64,000 nt of DNA, taken from positions 50,528 through 114,527 of the forward strand of contig JASHNU010000074.1 of NCBI GenBank assembly GCA_030041475.1, written 5' to 3'. The notes beneath the pieces are model-generated. The model did no database searches. It was not told where the DNA came from and was given only the letters and a program-made list of their open reading frames with translations. Both the position numbers and the translations under genes were made by a program. How positions within the stretch are numbered: the stretch's first letter is position 1; the number at the start of each line of letters is the position of its first letter. Below are positions 1 to 9,367 of the stretch, piece by piece. This DNA comes from Candidatus Sulfotelmatobacter sp. Lineage in GTDB: Bacteria > Acidobacteriota > Terriglobia > Terriglobales > Acidobacteriaceae.

Positions 1-1323
1 GGTAATTTCGACAGTGGCCGCCACGGCCGCTTTGTGGGAGTCGTGCTCGCCTCCAGCGATATGGCGCTCGATGTTTTCAATCACGACAATCGCGTCGTCC
101 ACGACCAGCCCGGTCGCCAGCGTGATGCCAAACAGCGTCAGCGTGTTGATGGAGAAGCCGAGCAACTTCACGAAGGCGAATGTACCGATCAGCGAAACCG
201 GAGTGGCGATGAAGTGAATCATCGTGGTTCTCCAGTCGCCGAGAAAAATGAAGATCACCAGGATGACCAGAAAGATCGCCAAACCTACGGTGAAGATCAC
301 ATCGCGGATGGACTCTCCCACGGCGTCTGTGACATCGAAGGCCAGCTTGTAATGCATTCCCGGCGGGAAGCTCTTCGAGAGCCGTTCCAGTTCGGCAATC
401 GCGCGCCGGTCGACTTCAATCGCGTTCGCGGTGGAAAGTTGGGTCACGCCAATTCCCACCGCATCCTGCCCGTTGTATTGCAGATCGGACGAATAATCCT
501 CAGCGCCCAGCTCCGCGTGCCCGACGTCCCTCAACCGGACGAGCGTTCCGTCGTTGTTCGTTTTCAGAATGATGTCGTCGAACTGCGCAGCTTCGCTGAG
601 CCGTCCCACGGCGCGCACACTGATTTGATACTGCTGTCCGCCGATGGCCGGCTGCTGGCCCACCTGTCCTGCCGCAACTTCAACGTTTTGCTCCGACAGA
701 GCACTCACCACGTCCGGCGCGGTCAGGCCGCGTCCCGCCATCCGCACGGGGTCCAGCCACAGCCGCATCGAGTACTTGCGCTCGCCGAAAATCAGCACGT
801 CGGCCACGCCCGGAACTCGCTTCAGGGCGTCGCGGACGTAGACGTCGAGGTAGTTGCTCATGAACAGCGTGGAGTATTTGTTGTTGTCGGAAATCACGGC
901 CGCGCCGAACACGAAATTCAGCGACGTCTTCTGCGTGGTGATGCCCACGGCTTTCACCGCGCTCGGAAGCCGTCCCTGCGCCGTGTTGACGCGGTTCTGG
1001 ATGTCGACCGTCGCCAGATCGGGATTGCGCGTCAGATCGAACGTGACCGTAATGTTGCTCGACCCGTCATTCCCGCTGGTCGAGGTCATGTACTTCATTC
1101 CCTCGGCGCCATTGATCTGCTGCTCGAGCGGGATCGTGACCGCACTCTCGACCGTCTGCGCGCTTGCCCCGGTGTAAAAGCTGCTGACGCCTACTTGCGG
1201 AGGAGCGAGATCAGGAAACTGCGCGATCGGTAACGTGGGAATTACAGCCGCACCTGCCAAAATGATCAGCAGCGCGCAGACGCTGGCAAACACCGGACGA
1301 CGAATGAAGAATTCAGCGAACAT
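1..1323 (-). CDS. RND (HAE1/AcrB-type) multidrug efflux permease, N-terminal 441 codons; gene runs off the left edge
   Basis: My own reverse-complement translation from the ATG at 1323..1321 gives MFAEFFIRRPVFASVCALLIILAGAAVIPTLPIAQFPDLAP..., the classic AcrB N-terminus. It is not in the ORF track because it is truncated by the window edge. The listed + strand ORF 34..1233 is its antisense shadow. It lies downstream of an adaptor gene on the same strand. Confidence 0.9.
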   Translation of the reverse strand, partial: MFAEFFIRRPVFASVCALLIILAGAAVIPTLPIAQFPDLAPPQVGVSSFYTGASAQTVESAVTIPLEQQINGAEGMKYMTSTSGNDGSSNITVTFDLTRNPDLATVDIQNRVNTAQGRLPSAVKAVGITTQKTSLNFVFGAAVISDNNKYSTLFMSNYLDVYVRDALKRVPGVADVLIFGERKYSMRLWLDPVRMAGRGLTAPDVVSALSEQNVEVAAGQVGQQPAIGGQQYQISVRAVGRLSEAAQFDDIILKTNNDGTLVRLRDVGHAELGAEDYSSDLQYNGQDAVGIGVTQLSTANAIEVDRRAIAELERLSKSFPPGMHYKLAFDVTDAVGESIRDVIFTVGLAIFLVILVIFIFLGDWRTTMIHFIATPVSLIGTFAFVKLLGFSINTLTLFGITLATGLVVDDAIVVIENIERHIAGGEHDSHKAAVAATVEIT

Positions 1324-1435
1324 AGGTATCTGATGCGGGAGCGACTTACCCGTCGCCGGAAGTCTGTTGCTATGCCTGGAAAACTTCGATTCGAGCTGCG
1401 AATTCTGAACAGCCTGCCGCTCATCTCGCAGCTCG

Positions 1436-2542
1436 CTAGGTTTGCGGAATTACCGGCGCCCCATCCAGCAGAAACTGCGTACCCGAAATAATCACTTTGT
1501 CTCCGGGCTTGATGCCCTCCTGCACTTCGTAATCGTTCCCGACGGTTTGCCCGATCTTCAAGGGTTTCTGCCGCGCCACGTACGAGCCGCCGTTCGGCTC
1601 GGCGACGAAGGCGAAGTACTGCCCGGCCAGCCGCGATACCGCTAGAATCGGGACTTTCGGGTTCTGGTGCGTTCCAAAAACTACGCGCGCCCGCACAAAC
1701 TGCGACTGCCGCAAGGCGTCATTGCTATTGGCGATGCGCGCTTTCACCAGCACCGTCTGCGTCGTGTTGTCGACTTGCGGAGAAATGAAGCTGACCTTTG
1801 TGTCGGTTAGCACCCTGCCCGCGCCATCCACGATCTGGACGGGCAGATTCATCCGCAATTGGGTGGAGTGCTCGATGGGCACGTAGACGTAGGCCTCAAG
1901 GCTTCCTGGCTCATCGACCGTCGTGAGCTGCGTCGAGGTGGTCACACGATCACCGACGCGGACCGGAATGTCGCCTACAATGCCCGCCCGCGGCGCCACG
2001 ACTTTGTAGTAGTGCAGTTGCACCTGCTGCTCACGCACCTGGGCATCGAGGGAATCCATCTGCGCCTGCGCCGCATCCAGAGTCGACTTGGCCTGATCGA
2101 GATCCTGCTTGCTGACAACGCCCGCTGAGTAAAGCCCCTGAGCGCGGTCATATTGCTGCTTCGACCAGGCTAGCTGTGCCTCCTGGGCCGCCCGCGCACT
2201 TTCCTGGCTCTTCACCGTGGCTTGCTGTTTGAGCGGATCGATTTCCATCAAGGCCGCTCCTGTTTCAACCCGGTCGCCCGAATGCACGAAAATCTGCGTG
2301 ATCTGCCCCTCGACCTGCGGCATCAGGACGGCGGAGTCGCGCGACTTGAGAGTCGCCACGTAATCCGTGGAGTCGTCAATCGGCACTGCCCGGGCTTCTA
2401 AAACCTTCACCGGCATGGCGCCGGGTCCGCCCGCTTGCGGATTCTGCTCGGCGCGACTGGAGCAGGCGAGCATCAAGCCGACTGCCGCGAGGCTCATCAT
2501 GAGAAGGCTTCTTACCGCATATCTTTGATAATTGTTCGCCAT
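1436..2542 (-). CDS. RND efflux periplasmic adaptor (membrane fusion protein, HlyD/AcrA family)
   Basis: 368 aa with an N-terminal lipoprotein-like signal (LMLACSS). It has a coiled-coil hairpin (QAQLAWSKQQYDRAQGLY...LDQAKSTLDAAQAQMDSLDAQV) flanked by barrel-sandwich and beta-barrel segments. It sits directly upstream of the RND pump. Confidence 0.85.
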   Translation of the reverse strand: MANNYQRYAVRSLLMMSLAAVGLMLACSSRAEQNPQAGGPGAMPVKVLEARAVPIDDSTDYVATLKSRDSAVLMPQVEGQITQIFVHSGDRVETGAALMEIDPLKQQATVKSQESARAAQEAQLAWSKQQYDRAQGLYSAGVVSKQDLDQAKSTLDAAQAQMDSLDAQVREQQVQLHYYKVVAPRAGIVGDIPVRVGDRVTTSTQLTTVDEPGSLEAYVYVPIEHSTQLRMNLPVQIVDGAGRVLTDTKVSFISPQVDNTTQTVLVKARIANSNDALRQSQFVRARVVFGTHQNPKVPILAVSRLAGQYFAFVAEPNGGSYVARQKPLKIGQTVGNDYEVQEGIKPGDKVIISGTQFLLDGAPVIPQT

Positions 2543-2721
2543 ACCGAAACACCGCTACTCATACTGTAACCAACCCTGGGCCAAGCGGGGAAGCGGCTCA
2601 GACTCTATTAGAACAGAGACACCCTCTTGCTCAACCGGAGCCGATACTACAGATTCCCCTCCCCGGTTCCCAGACTCAAAAAAACCAGACGCAAAATAAT
2701 AGGCCTCTTTCCCCGCTGAAT

Positions 2722-3525
2722 TCATCCGCTGATCATCTTTCCCAGGATCTCCTTGAGGACTTTTGCCCCTGCCGTCGCGGTTACTCCTGCAAGATCCTGC
2801 ACCGGGTTGTACTCCACCACATCCGCCCCGACGATTTCTCCTTCGATCGCGTGCAAATGCGCGATGGCCTCCCGCACCGACATCCCGCCCGGCTCGCGAT
2901 GCGAGACTCCAGGGGCAAATGCAGGATCCAGAACGTCCATGTCGAACGAGATGTAGACCGGTCCCGCCTGTTTCAACCTGTCATAGGCCGGCAAGGAACT
3001 CATCTCCATGACTTCGACTCCGAATCTGTGTGCCTGTTCGCGCTGATGCCCGTTGATCGTGCGAATGCCCACCTGCACCAGCCTTTTCGCCAAGCCCGCT
3101 TCCATGATCCGCGCAAACGGGCAGGCATGCGACAGCCGGCTTCCCTCGAACTCGTCATACAAATCCGGATGCGCGTCAAAATGGAAAATCGTCAGTCGCG
3201 GATAATGCCGCCCCACTGCTTTGATGATCGGATAGGTAATCGAGTGGTCTCCGCCCAACGAAACCGGGCGCTTTCCGCGATCGAGCAGCGCAGCGATGCT
3301 GTTCTCGATGACCGCGAACGCAATGGTCTCGCTAAACGCCAGATCTCCCGCGTCTTCGTAAGCTCCCGCCCGGCCGAGGTCCACTCTCCCCTCCGTCCAA
3401 TGATTAGAGGCGTCACAGTGCAGAGCGGCACGAATCTTCCCCGGAGCCTCGCCGGCTCCGCGCAGGTACGAGGAGTGGCCGTCAAACGGAATCCCCAAAA
3501 TTGTCGGTACGCCTAGCTTCGTCAT
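2722..3525 (-). CDS. Ureohydrolase family enzyme (agmatinase/arginase/formiminoglutamase-like)
   Basis: 267 aa carrying the Mn-binding motifs GGDHSITYP, FDAHPDLYD, SFDMDVLDPAFAPG and a C-terminal E. Substrate cannot be assigned from sequence alone. Confidence 0.85.
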   Translation of the reverse strand: MTKLGVPTILGIPFDGHSSYLRGAGEAPGKIRAALHCDASNHWTEGRVDLGRAGAYEDAGDLAFSETIAFAVIENSIAALLDRGKRPVSLGGDHSITYPIIKAVGRHYPRLTIFHFDAHPDLYDEFEGSRLSHACPFARIMEAGLAKRLVQVGIRTINGHQREQAHRFGVEVMEMSSLPAYDRLKQAGPVYISFDMDVLDPAFAPGVSHREPGGMSVREAIAHLHAIEGEIVGADVVEYNPVQDLAGVTATAGAKVLKEILGKMISG

Positions 3526-3856
3526 CGGGATTTTAGTGACTGGGACCCTTGGGAACTGTCGTGAATTTCCGCGACTGTCATAAACAAAACACGCGACAAC
3601 TGTGAAGAGCGTCTAACGGTGCTGCCACATTATCTCCGCTTCGGTCGCAACTTCACAACGACGCTTAGTCCTACGAATCCAGGTCTCGACCGCACTGAGC
3701 ACCGCGCTGAACCTCGACCGGCTAGTTCGATCGCGCTCAAAAGCGCGTGGTTCACTTGTTTTTCGCTCAGGAAGATGCCGCGTTCGGGTTGTCCCGCCAT
3801 TCCTGCCCCGAATCTCGCCCTCACTGCCCCGCATCCTTTATCCTAGTACCACTCAT

Positions 3857-6367
3857 ATGGCCCCGAAATCCAAGACTTCCGGCGCGGTCATCGACGCCGC
3901 CTCGACCAACGGTTCCAACCCCGAGCGAGACCGCGTGTTCAGCGCGTACCGCCAGTGGGGATACCTTGAGGGCGACCTCGATCCGCTCGGCTTCCTCCGC
4001 CCGCGCTACACTCCGGAACTCGAGCGCGATGGCGAATATGCGAAGCAGGCCCGCGCCATCTACTCCAGCACCATCGGGGTGGAGATCAATCATATCTACT
4101 CTCCGGTTCGGCGCGGCTGGATCTACGAGCGTATGGAATCGCCTGACCAGGGTTACGAGGTTACGGAGCAAGATCGGAAACGCATCCTCGACCTCCTCAT
4201 CCGCGCCGACATTTTCGAGCAGGTCGTGCAGCAACGTTATCTCGGCTCGAAGCGTTTTTCACTCGAAGGCGTCACGGCAATGATTCCGCTGGTCGACGAG
4301 GTTCTCGATGCAAGCTCGCGCCTCGGCGCCATTGAGCTGGTCATGGGCATGAGCCATCGCGGAAGACTGAACGTGATTGCCCACGTGGCGCGGCGTCCGG
4401 CGGAAGAAATTTTCGCCGGTTTTGAAGATGTTGATCCGCGCAGCGTTCTCGGCTCGGGCGATGTGAAATATCACATGGGCGCGACCGGCGAGTATTCAAC
4501 GTACAGCGGCCGCAAGGTCCATATACATCTGGTTTCGAATCCCAGCCATCTCGAAGCGGTTGATCCCGTCACCATCGGCCGCACTCGCGCCAAGCAGGAC
4601 CGCACCGGCGAGGGCGGACGCGAGAAATATCTTCCGCTCGTCGTTCACGGGGATGCCGCGTTCGCGGGACAGGGAATTCTGGCCGAGACAATGAACTACG
4701 CCGACCTTCCGGGCTATACCGTGGGCGGGACGATCCACGTCGTAGTCAACAATCTTCTGGGATTTACCACCAACTACACCGAAGAGCATTCCACGCGCTT
4801 TGCCGCCTGCATCGCCCGACGACAATCGATTCCCATCTTCCACGTCAACGGCGAGGACGTCGACGCGGTCGTGCGCGTCGCTCGAATGGCTACTGAGTAT
4901 CGGTACAAATTCGGCACTGACGTGGTCATCGATCTCATCGGTTATCGCCGCCACGGCCACAGCGAAGTCGACGACCCGACCATCACGCAGCCCCTGCTCT
5001 ACAAGAAAATCAAGGAGCATCCGCCGCTCTGGGAGATCTATGCCGACGACATCGGCGCCACAGACGCGCAGGCGCAGGCTGACGCGATCAGGGGCGAATT
5101 CGAAGCCGCACAGAAAAAAGCAGGCAGTATCACCACGAAGCCCACTCTGCGCGAGCTCCCCAAATATTGGGATGGATACTTCGGTGGCCTGCACCAGGAG
5201 ACTTTCGAAATCGAAACCGGCGTGACGTCGGAAGCGTTAGCGGAACTGACCGCGCGCTTGACCACGTATCCCGACTGGTTTCACATTCACCCCAAAGTCA
5301 AAAAGCTGCTCGAGCAGCGCGCCGAAATGGGCACGGGTAAACGGCCAGTCGATTACGGCATGGCCGAAGCGCTCGCCTTCGCGAGCCTGGTGAAGGCCGG
5401 CACGAACGTGCGCATGTCCGGCCAGGACTCCCGCCGCGGCACTTTCAATCAGCGCCATTCCGTGCTGATCGACGTCGAGAACGAAAACGAATACGTGCCG
5501 CTGGAAAACATCGCGCCGGGCCAGGCGCGCTGCGAAATCTACAATTCAACCCTTTCAGAAGCGGGCGTTCTCGGCTTCGAATACGGGTACTCGCGCGACT
5601 ATCCGGAATCCTTGGTTCTGTGGGAGGCGCAGTTCGGCGACTTTTCCAACGTGGCCCAGGCCATCATCGATCAGTTCATCGCCGCGGGCGAAGCGAAATG
5701 GAACCTGCTCTCCGGCCTCGTCATGCTCCTGCCGCACGGCTACGAAGGCCAGGGGCCTGAACATTCCAGCGCGCGCATCGAACGCTTCATTCAGCTGGCG
5801 GCGAAGCACAACCTGCAGATCGCGCAGCCTTCGAATGCCGCGCAATATTTCCATCTTCTGCGCCGCCAGGCCTTGCGCCACTGGCGCAAGCCGTTGATCG
5901 TCTTCACACCGAAGAGCATGCTGCGCCATCCCGATGCGAGTTCACCGATCGAGGATTTCGCGCACAAGAAATTTCTCAATGTGATTCCTGACGCTGAGGT
6001 TGGAGTAGCAGAGCGCATCCTGATTTGCACGGGAAAAGTCGGCCACGAACTGCAGGCGGAACGCAAGAAACGAAAAGAGACATCAACCGCGATCGTTTTC
6101 CTGGAGCAGATCTACCCGTTCCCCGAAGACGAAGTCGTCGCGGAATTCGACCGCCACGGTACTCACGCCGACATTGTCTGGGTGCAGGAGGAACCGGCGA
6201 ACATGGGCGCCATGTTCAACATGCTCCCACGCCTGAAGCGCATCGCAGGAGACAGGCCCGTGTTGAGCGTGAAGCGCAGCTCCAGCCCCAGTCCCGCCAC
6301 CGGCAGCTCCAAAGCGCACGAGGTGGAACAGAAAACCCTGCTCACGCTCGCGTTCACGACAAAATAG
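3857..6367 (+). CDS. sucA: 2-oxoglutarate dehydrogenase E1 component (short form)
   Basis: 836 aa with conserved E1o blocks (GMSHRGRLNVIAHV, HGDAAFAGQG, NNLLGFTT, GYRRHGHSEVDDP, LWEAQFGDF, LLPHGYEGQGPEHSS). Confidence 0.92.
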   Translation: MAPKSKTSGAVIDAASTNGSNPERDRVFSAYRQWGYLEGDLDPLGFLRPRYTPELERDGEYAKQARAIYSSTIGVEINHIYSPVRRGWIYERMESPDQGYEVTEQDRKRILDLLIRADIFEQVVQQRYLGSKRFSLEGVTAMIPLVDEVLDASSRLGAIELVMGMSHRGRLNVIAHVARRPAEEIFAGFEDVDPRSVLGSGDVKYHMGATGEYSTYSGRKVHIHLVSNPSHLEAVDPVTIGRTRAKQDRTGEGGREKYLPLVVHGDAAFAGQGILAETMNYADLPGYTVGGTIHVVVNNLLGFTTNYTEEHSTRFAACIARRQSIPIFHVNGEDVDAVVRVARMATEYRYKFGTDVVIDLIGYRRHGHSEVDDPTITQPLLYKKIKEHPPLWEIYADDIGATDAQAQADAIRGEFEAAQKKAGSITTKPTLRELPKYWDGYFGGLHQETFEIETGVTSEALAELTARLTTYPDWFHIHPKVKKLLEQRAEMGTGKRPVDYGMAEALAFASLVKAGTNVRMSGQDSRRGTFNQRHSVLIDVENENEYVPLENIAPGQARCEIYNSTLSEAGVLGFEYGYSRDYPESLVLWEAQFGDFSNVAQAIIDQFIAAGEAKWNLLSGLVMLLPHGYEGQGPEHSSARIERFIQLAAKHNLQIAQPSNAAQYFHLLRRQALRHWRKPLIVFTPKSMLRHPDASSPIEDFAHKKFLNVIPDAEVGVAERILICTGKVGHELQAERKKRKETSTAIVFLEQIYPFPEDEVVAEFDRHGTHADIVWVQEEPANMGAMFNMLPRLKRIAGDRPVLSVKRSSSPSPATGSSKAHEVEQKTLLTLAFTTK

Positions 6368-6522
6368 CCGGCTCATGCAGGGACAACCGCTGCCCGCTCA
6401 ATAAATTCCTGGATCTCAGGACTCATCATCGCCACGATCGTATCGCACTAGCGTCCAGCCGCGTAAGTCTCTTCTGGAATGCGTACGTCATAACCGCGAA
6501 TGTTACTCTTATCGCTCTCACC

Positions 6523-8559
6523 ATGCCCCGCCCTCGCCAAACTCTTCGTATCGCCATCGACACCGGCGGCACCTTCACCGATTGCGTCTGGATCGATCCC
6601 GCGACCCACCGATTACGGATGCTGAAAGTCTTCTCTACGCCTGCCGATCCGTCGCAGGCCATCGTCGAGGCGGTACGGAAGATTGCAGCCACGAATGACG
6701 CCATGGACGTCGTTCTCCTCCATGGCACGACCGTCGGCACCAACACACTGCTCGAACGCAAGGGCGCGCGCACCGCGCTTGTCACTACAGCCGGTTTCGA
6801 GGATGCGATCGAAATCGGACGCCAGGCTCGCAGCAAGCTGTATGACCTCTTCTTCGATCGCGTCGAGCCGCTGGTCGCGAAGAATCTTCGCTTTGGGGTT
6901 GTCGAACGCACGGCCGCGGATGGCGAAATTCTGATCGCGCCCACCCCCCAGCAGTTGCAGTCGTTGGCGGATCGCGTCTCAGCTGCCAAACCGCAAGCGA
7001 TAGCGATCTCGCTGCTGTTCTCTTTCGCGAATCGAGCCAATGAGCAAGGTGTCGCCGGCGCGCTGAGGCCTTTGGCCATGCCGCTCTCGATCTCCCATGA
7101 AATCCTGCCGGAGTTCCGCGAGTATGAGCGCACATCGACGGTCGTTATCAATGCCTATTTGCAGCCGGTGATGCGGACGTATTTGGAGAACCTCCAGACC
7201 AGCGTGCAGACAAGCCCGCAGCGGCGAAGGCCGAATCGCGGGCCGCGGATCTTCGTGATGCAATCCTCCGGAGGCATCACTGCACTCTCGACCGCAACGC
7301 GCGAACCAGTTCGCACCGTTCTCTCCGGGCCGGCGGGAGGCGTAGTTGGAGCCGCAGCTACCGCTCGGGCCAGCGGATTCGATCACATCGTTGCGTTCGA
7401 CATGGGCGGCACATCAACGGACGTTTCGCTTGTCGAAGGCAAAATCACCACGGCGAACGATGCGCAGATCGCGGGCTTTCCGGTGAGCGTGCCCATGCTC
7501 GACATTCACACCGTGGGCGCAGGCGGAGGCTCGCTCGCGCGCTTTGATGCCGCCGGAGTTCTGCGCGTCGGGCCTGAGTCCGCCGGCGCCGATCCCGGCC
7601 CCATTTGCTACGGACGCGGCACGCAGCCCACCGTCACCGACGCCAATCTTCTTCTCGGCCGCCTGCAGCCCACGCGGTTTCTCGGCGGCGAGTTCGTGCT
7701 CGATTTCGAGTGCACGCGCCGCGTTACGCAAGATTGGCTGAAGAAGAACAAATCAGATCTCACTCTGGAGCAATTTGCCGCCGGCGTCATCCGCGTGGTG
7801 AATTCCACCATGGAAAAAGCGATCCGCGTCGTTTCTATCGAGCGCGGCCGCGATCCCCGCCAGTTCGCGCTTGTCGCTTTCGGCGGCGCGGGAGGCCTCC
7901 ACGCGTGCGCCCTCGCCGAGGCGCTCAACATCCCGGAGGTGATTGTTCCGGCTCTTCCCGGAGCGCTCTCCGCGCTCGGCATTCTCGCCAGCGATGTGGT
8001 CAAGGATTATTCGCGTACGGTCCTGTGGCGCGTGAAGGACGATGTTCCGCATACCCGTTTGGATCGCGAATTCTCCGCGCTCGAAGCGGCCGCGTCGCGG
8101 GACTTTCGTCACGAATCGTGGCCGGGCACGCCGCACTTTGATCGCAGCGCCGACCTGCGCTACCGCGGCCAGGGATACGAACTCAATATTCCACTCACGA
8201 AAAATCTTCTCGCCGATTTCCAGCAGGAACATCAGCGCCGCTACGGCTACGTGCATCCCAATCGCGAGGCCGAGATCGTCACGGTCCGCCTTCGCGCGAT
8301 CTTGAAATCGCGTGGAGCGGCCAACACGCCCGTCCGCCGAGGCCGCGCGAAGCTCGGCATGCGTTCAACCACCTCAGCCCAAGTCCTTTTTGATGGAAGG
8401 ACACTTCCTACGAAGATTTATGTGCGCGACGATCTGCGCTCCGGCAAGACATATTCCGGCCCGGCCGTTATCACGGAGTACAGCGCCACCACGGTGATCC
8501 CGCCCGGCAGAAGCTTCCACGTGGACCACGCCTCGAATCTGATTGTTAAAATCCGATGA
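6523..8559 (+). CDS. Hydantoinase A / oxoprolinase family (HyuA-like) protein
   Basis: The track ORF 6025..8559 overlaps the sucA 3' end. The first sensible start is the ATG at 6523 (MPRPRQTLRIAIDTGGTFTDCV...), the typical HyuA N-terminus. Internal DMGGTSTD and VGAGGGS motifs are present. No hyuB partner is adjacent. Confidence 0.85.
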   Translation: MPRPRQTLRIAIDTGGTFTDCVWIDPATHRLRMLKVFSTPADPSQAIVEAVRKIAATNDAMDVVLLHGTTVGTNTLLERKGARTALVTTAGFEDAIEIGRQARSKLYDLFFDRVEPLVAKNLRFGVVERTAADGEILIAPTPQQLQSLADRVSAAKPQAIAISLLFSFANRANEQGVAGALRPLAMPLSISHEILPEFREYERTSTVVINAYLQPVMRTYLENLQTSVQTSPQRRRPNRGPRIFVMQSSGGITALSTATREPVRTVLSGPAGGVVGAAATARASGFDHIVAFDMGGTSTDVSLVEGKITTANDAQIAGFPVSVPMLDIHTVGAGGGSLARFDAAGVLRVGPESAGADPGPICYGRGTQPTVTDANLLLGRLQPTRFLGGEFVLDFECTRRVTQDWLKKNKSDLTLEQFAAGVIRVVNSTMEKAIRVVSIERGRDPRQFALVAFGGAGGLHACALAEALNIPEVIVPALPGALSALGILASDVVKDYSRTVLWRVKDDVPHTRLDREFSALEAAASRDFRHESWPGTPHFDRSADLRYRGQGYELNIPLTKNLLADFQQEHQRRYGYVHPNREAEIVTVRLRAILKSRGAANTPVRRGRAKLGMRSTTSAQVLFDGRTLPTKIYVRDDLRSGKTYSGPAVITEYSATTVIPPGRSFHVDHASNLIVKIR

Positions 8560-8626
8560 AATCTGCCGCCCGCGCACCGAAACGGACTAGAGAACGCTAG
8601 GTCCCCGCAACCGCGTTCGCTACAAT

Positions 8627-9325
8627 ATGCTTGTGAAACCGAGCATTTTCGTTGTTGAAGACGATCCGGACATTTCGCGCCTCGTTCGCCACCACCTGGA
8701 GAACGAAGGCTTCACGGTGCGCGTCTATCCCACCGGAGCCAACGTTATCGCCGACGCGGAGCGCCAGCGCCCTGCGCTTTTCGTGCTCGACATCATGGTT
8801 CCGGGCAAAGATGGACTCGAACTCTGCCGCACGGTTCGCCAGACCATTGGGCTGGCCTCCGTTCCCGTGATTTTTCTGACGGCCAAAAGCAGCGAAGCCG
8901 ACCGCGTTCTCGGGCTGGAACTCGGAGCCGATGACTATATCGCCAAGCCTTTCAGTCCGCGCGAACTGGTGGCCCGTGTCAAGGCCGTGCTGCGTCGTTT
9001 TGAACGCCCGCTGCCGCCAAGCCCCATGAAAGTTGGTGAAATCGAAATCGATCCTTCGGCGATGACCCTTAGCGTGCGCGGCACTCCTGTTCCCACCACG
9101 GCCACCGAGTTCCGCCTGCTCGATTATTTTGCGCGCCATAGCGGACGCGTCTTCACCCGCGATCATTTGCTCGACTCGGTCTGGCGCGACACGGCCTACG
9201 TGACTCCGCGTTCGGTGGACGTCTACGTCCGCCGCATCCGCGAGAAGATTGAACCTGATCCTGAGAACCCTCGCTACCTTAAAACCGTGCGCGGAGCCGG
9301 CTATCGATTCGAAGCCCCGAAATAA
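8627..9325 (+). CDS. OmpR/PhoB-family response regulator
   Basis: 232 aa with a receiver domain (VVEDDPD, LDIMVPGKDG, LTAKS, ADDYIAKPF) and a winged-helix output (LTATEFRLLDYF, VDVYVRRIREKIE, YLKTVRGAGYRF). The antisense ORF 8597..9343 is rejected. Confidence 0.92.
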   Translation: MLVKPSIFVVEDDPDISRLVRHHLENEGFTVRVYPTGANVIADAERQRPALFVLDIMVPGKDGLELCRTVRQTIGLASVPVIFLTAKSSEADRVLGLELGADDYIAKPFSPRELVARVKAVLRRFERPLPPSPMKVGEIEIDPSAMTLSVRGTPVPTTATEFRLLDYFARHSGRVFTRDHLLDSVWRDTAYVTPRSVDVYVRRIREKIEPDPENPRYLKTVRGAGYRFEAPK

Positions 9326-9367
9326 CTGGCTGAGACGAGGCAAGACAAGAATGATGACGGGCAGAAG

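Noticed and set aside
34-1233. 399-aa + strand ORF at the left edge.
   Set aside because: It is the antisense shadow of the AcrB-type gene. The minus-strand translation is an unmistakable RND pump, and the + strand product is Arg/His-rich nonsense typical of high-GC antisense frames.
3526-3856. Small ORFs (3613..3834, 3619..3846, 3630..3824) and a weak hairpin in the sucA upstream region.
   Set aside because: The ORFs overlap one another, are Arg-rich and lack Shine-Dalgarno sequences. The hairpin (cgcgct-caaa-agcgcg) is short and has no convincing T-tract.
6025-6522. N-terminal 166 codons of the track ORF 6025..8559.
   Set aside because: It overlaps the well-supported sucA 3' end in another frame and is Arg-rich. 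HyuA homology begins at the Met at 6523.
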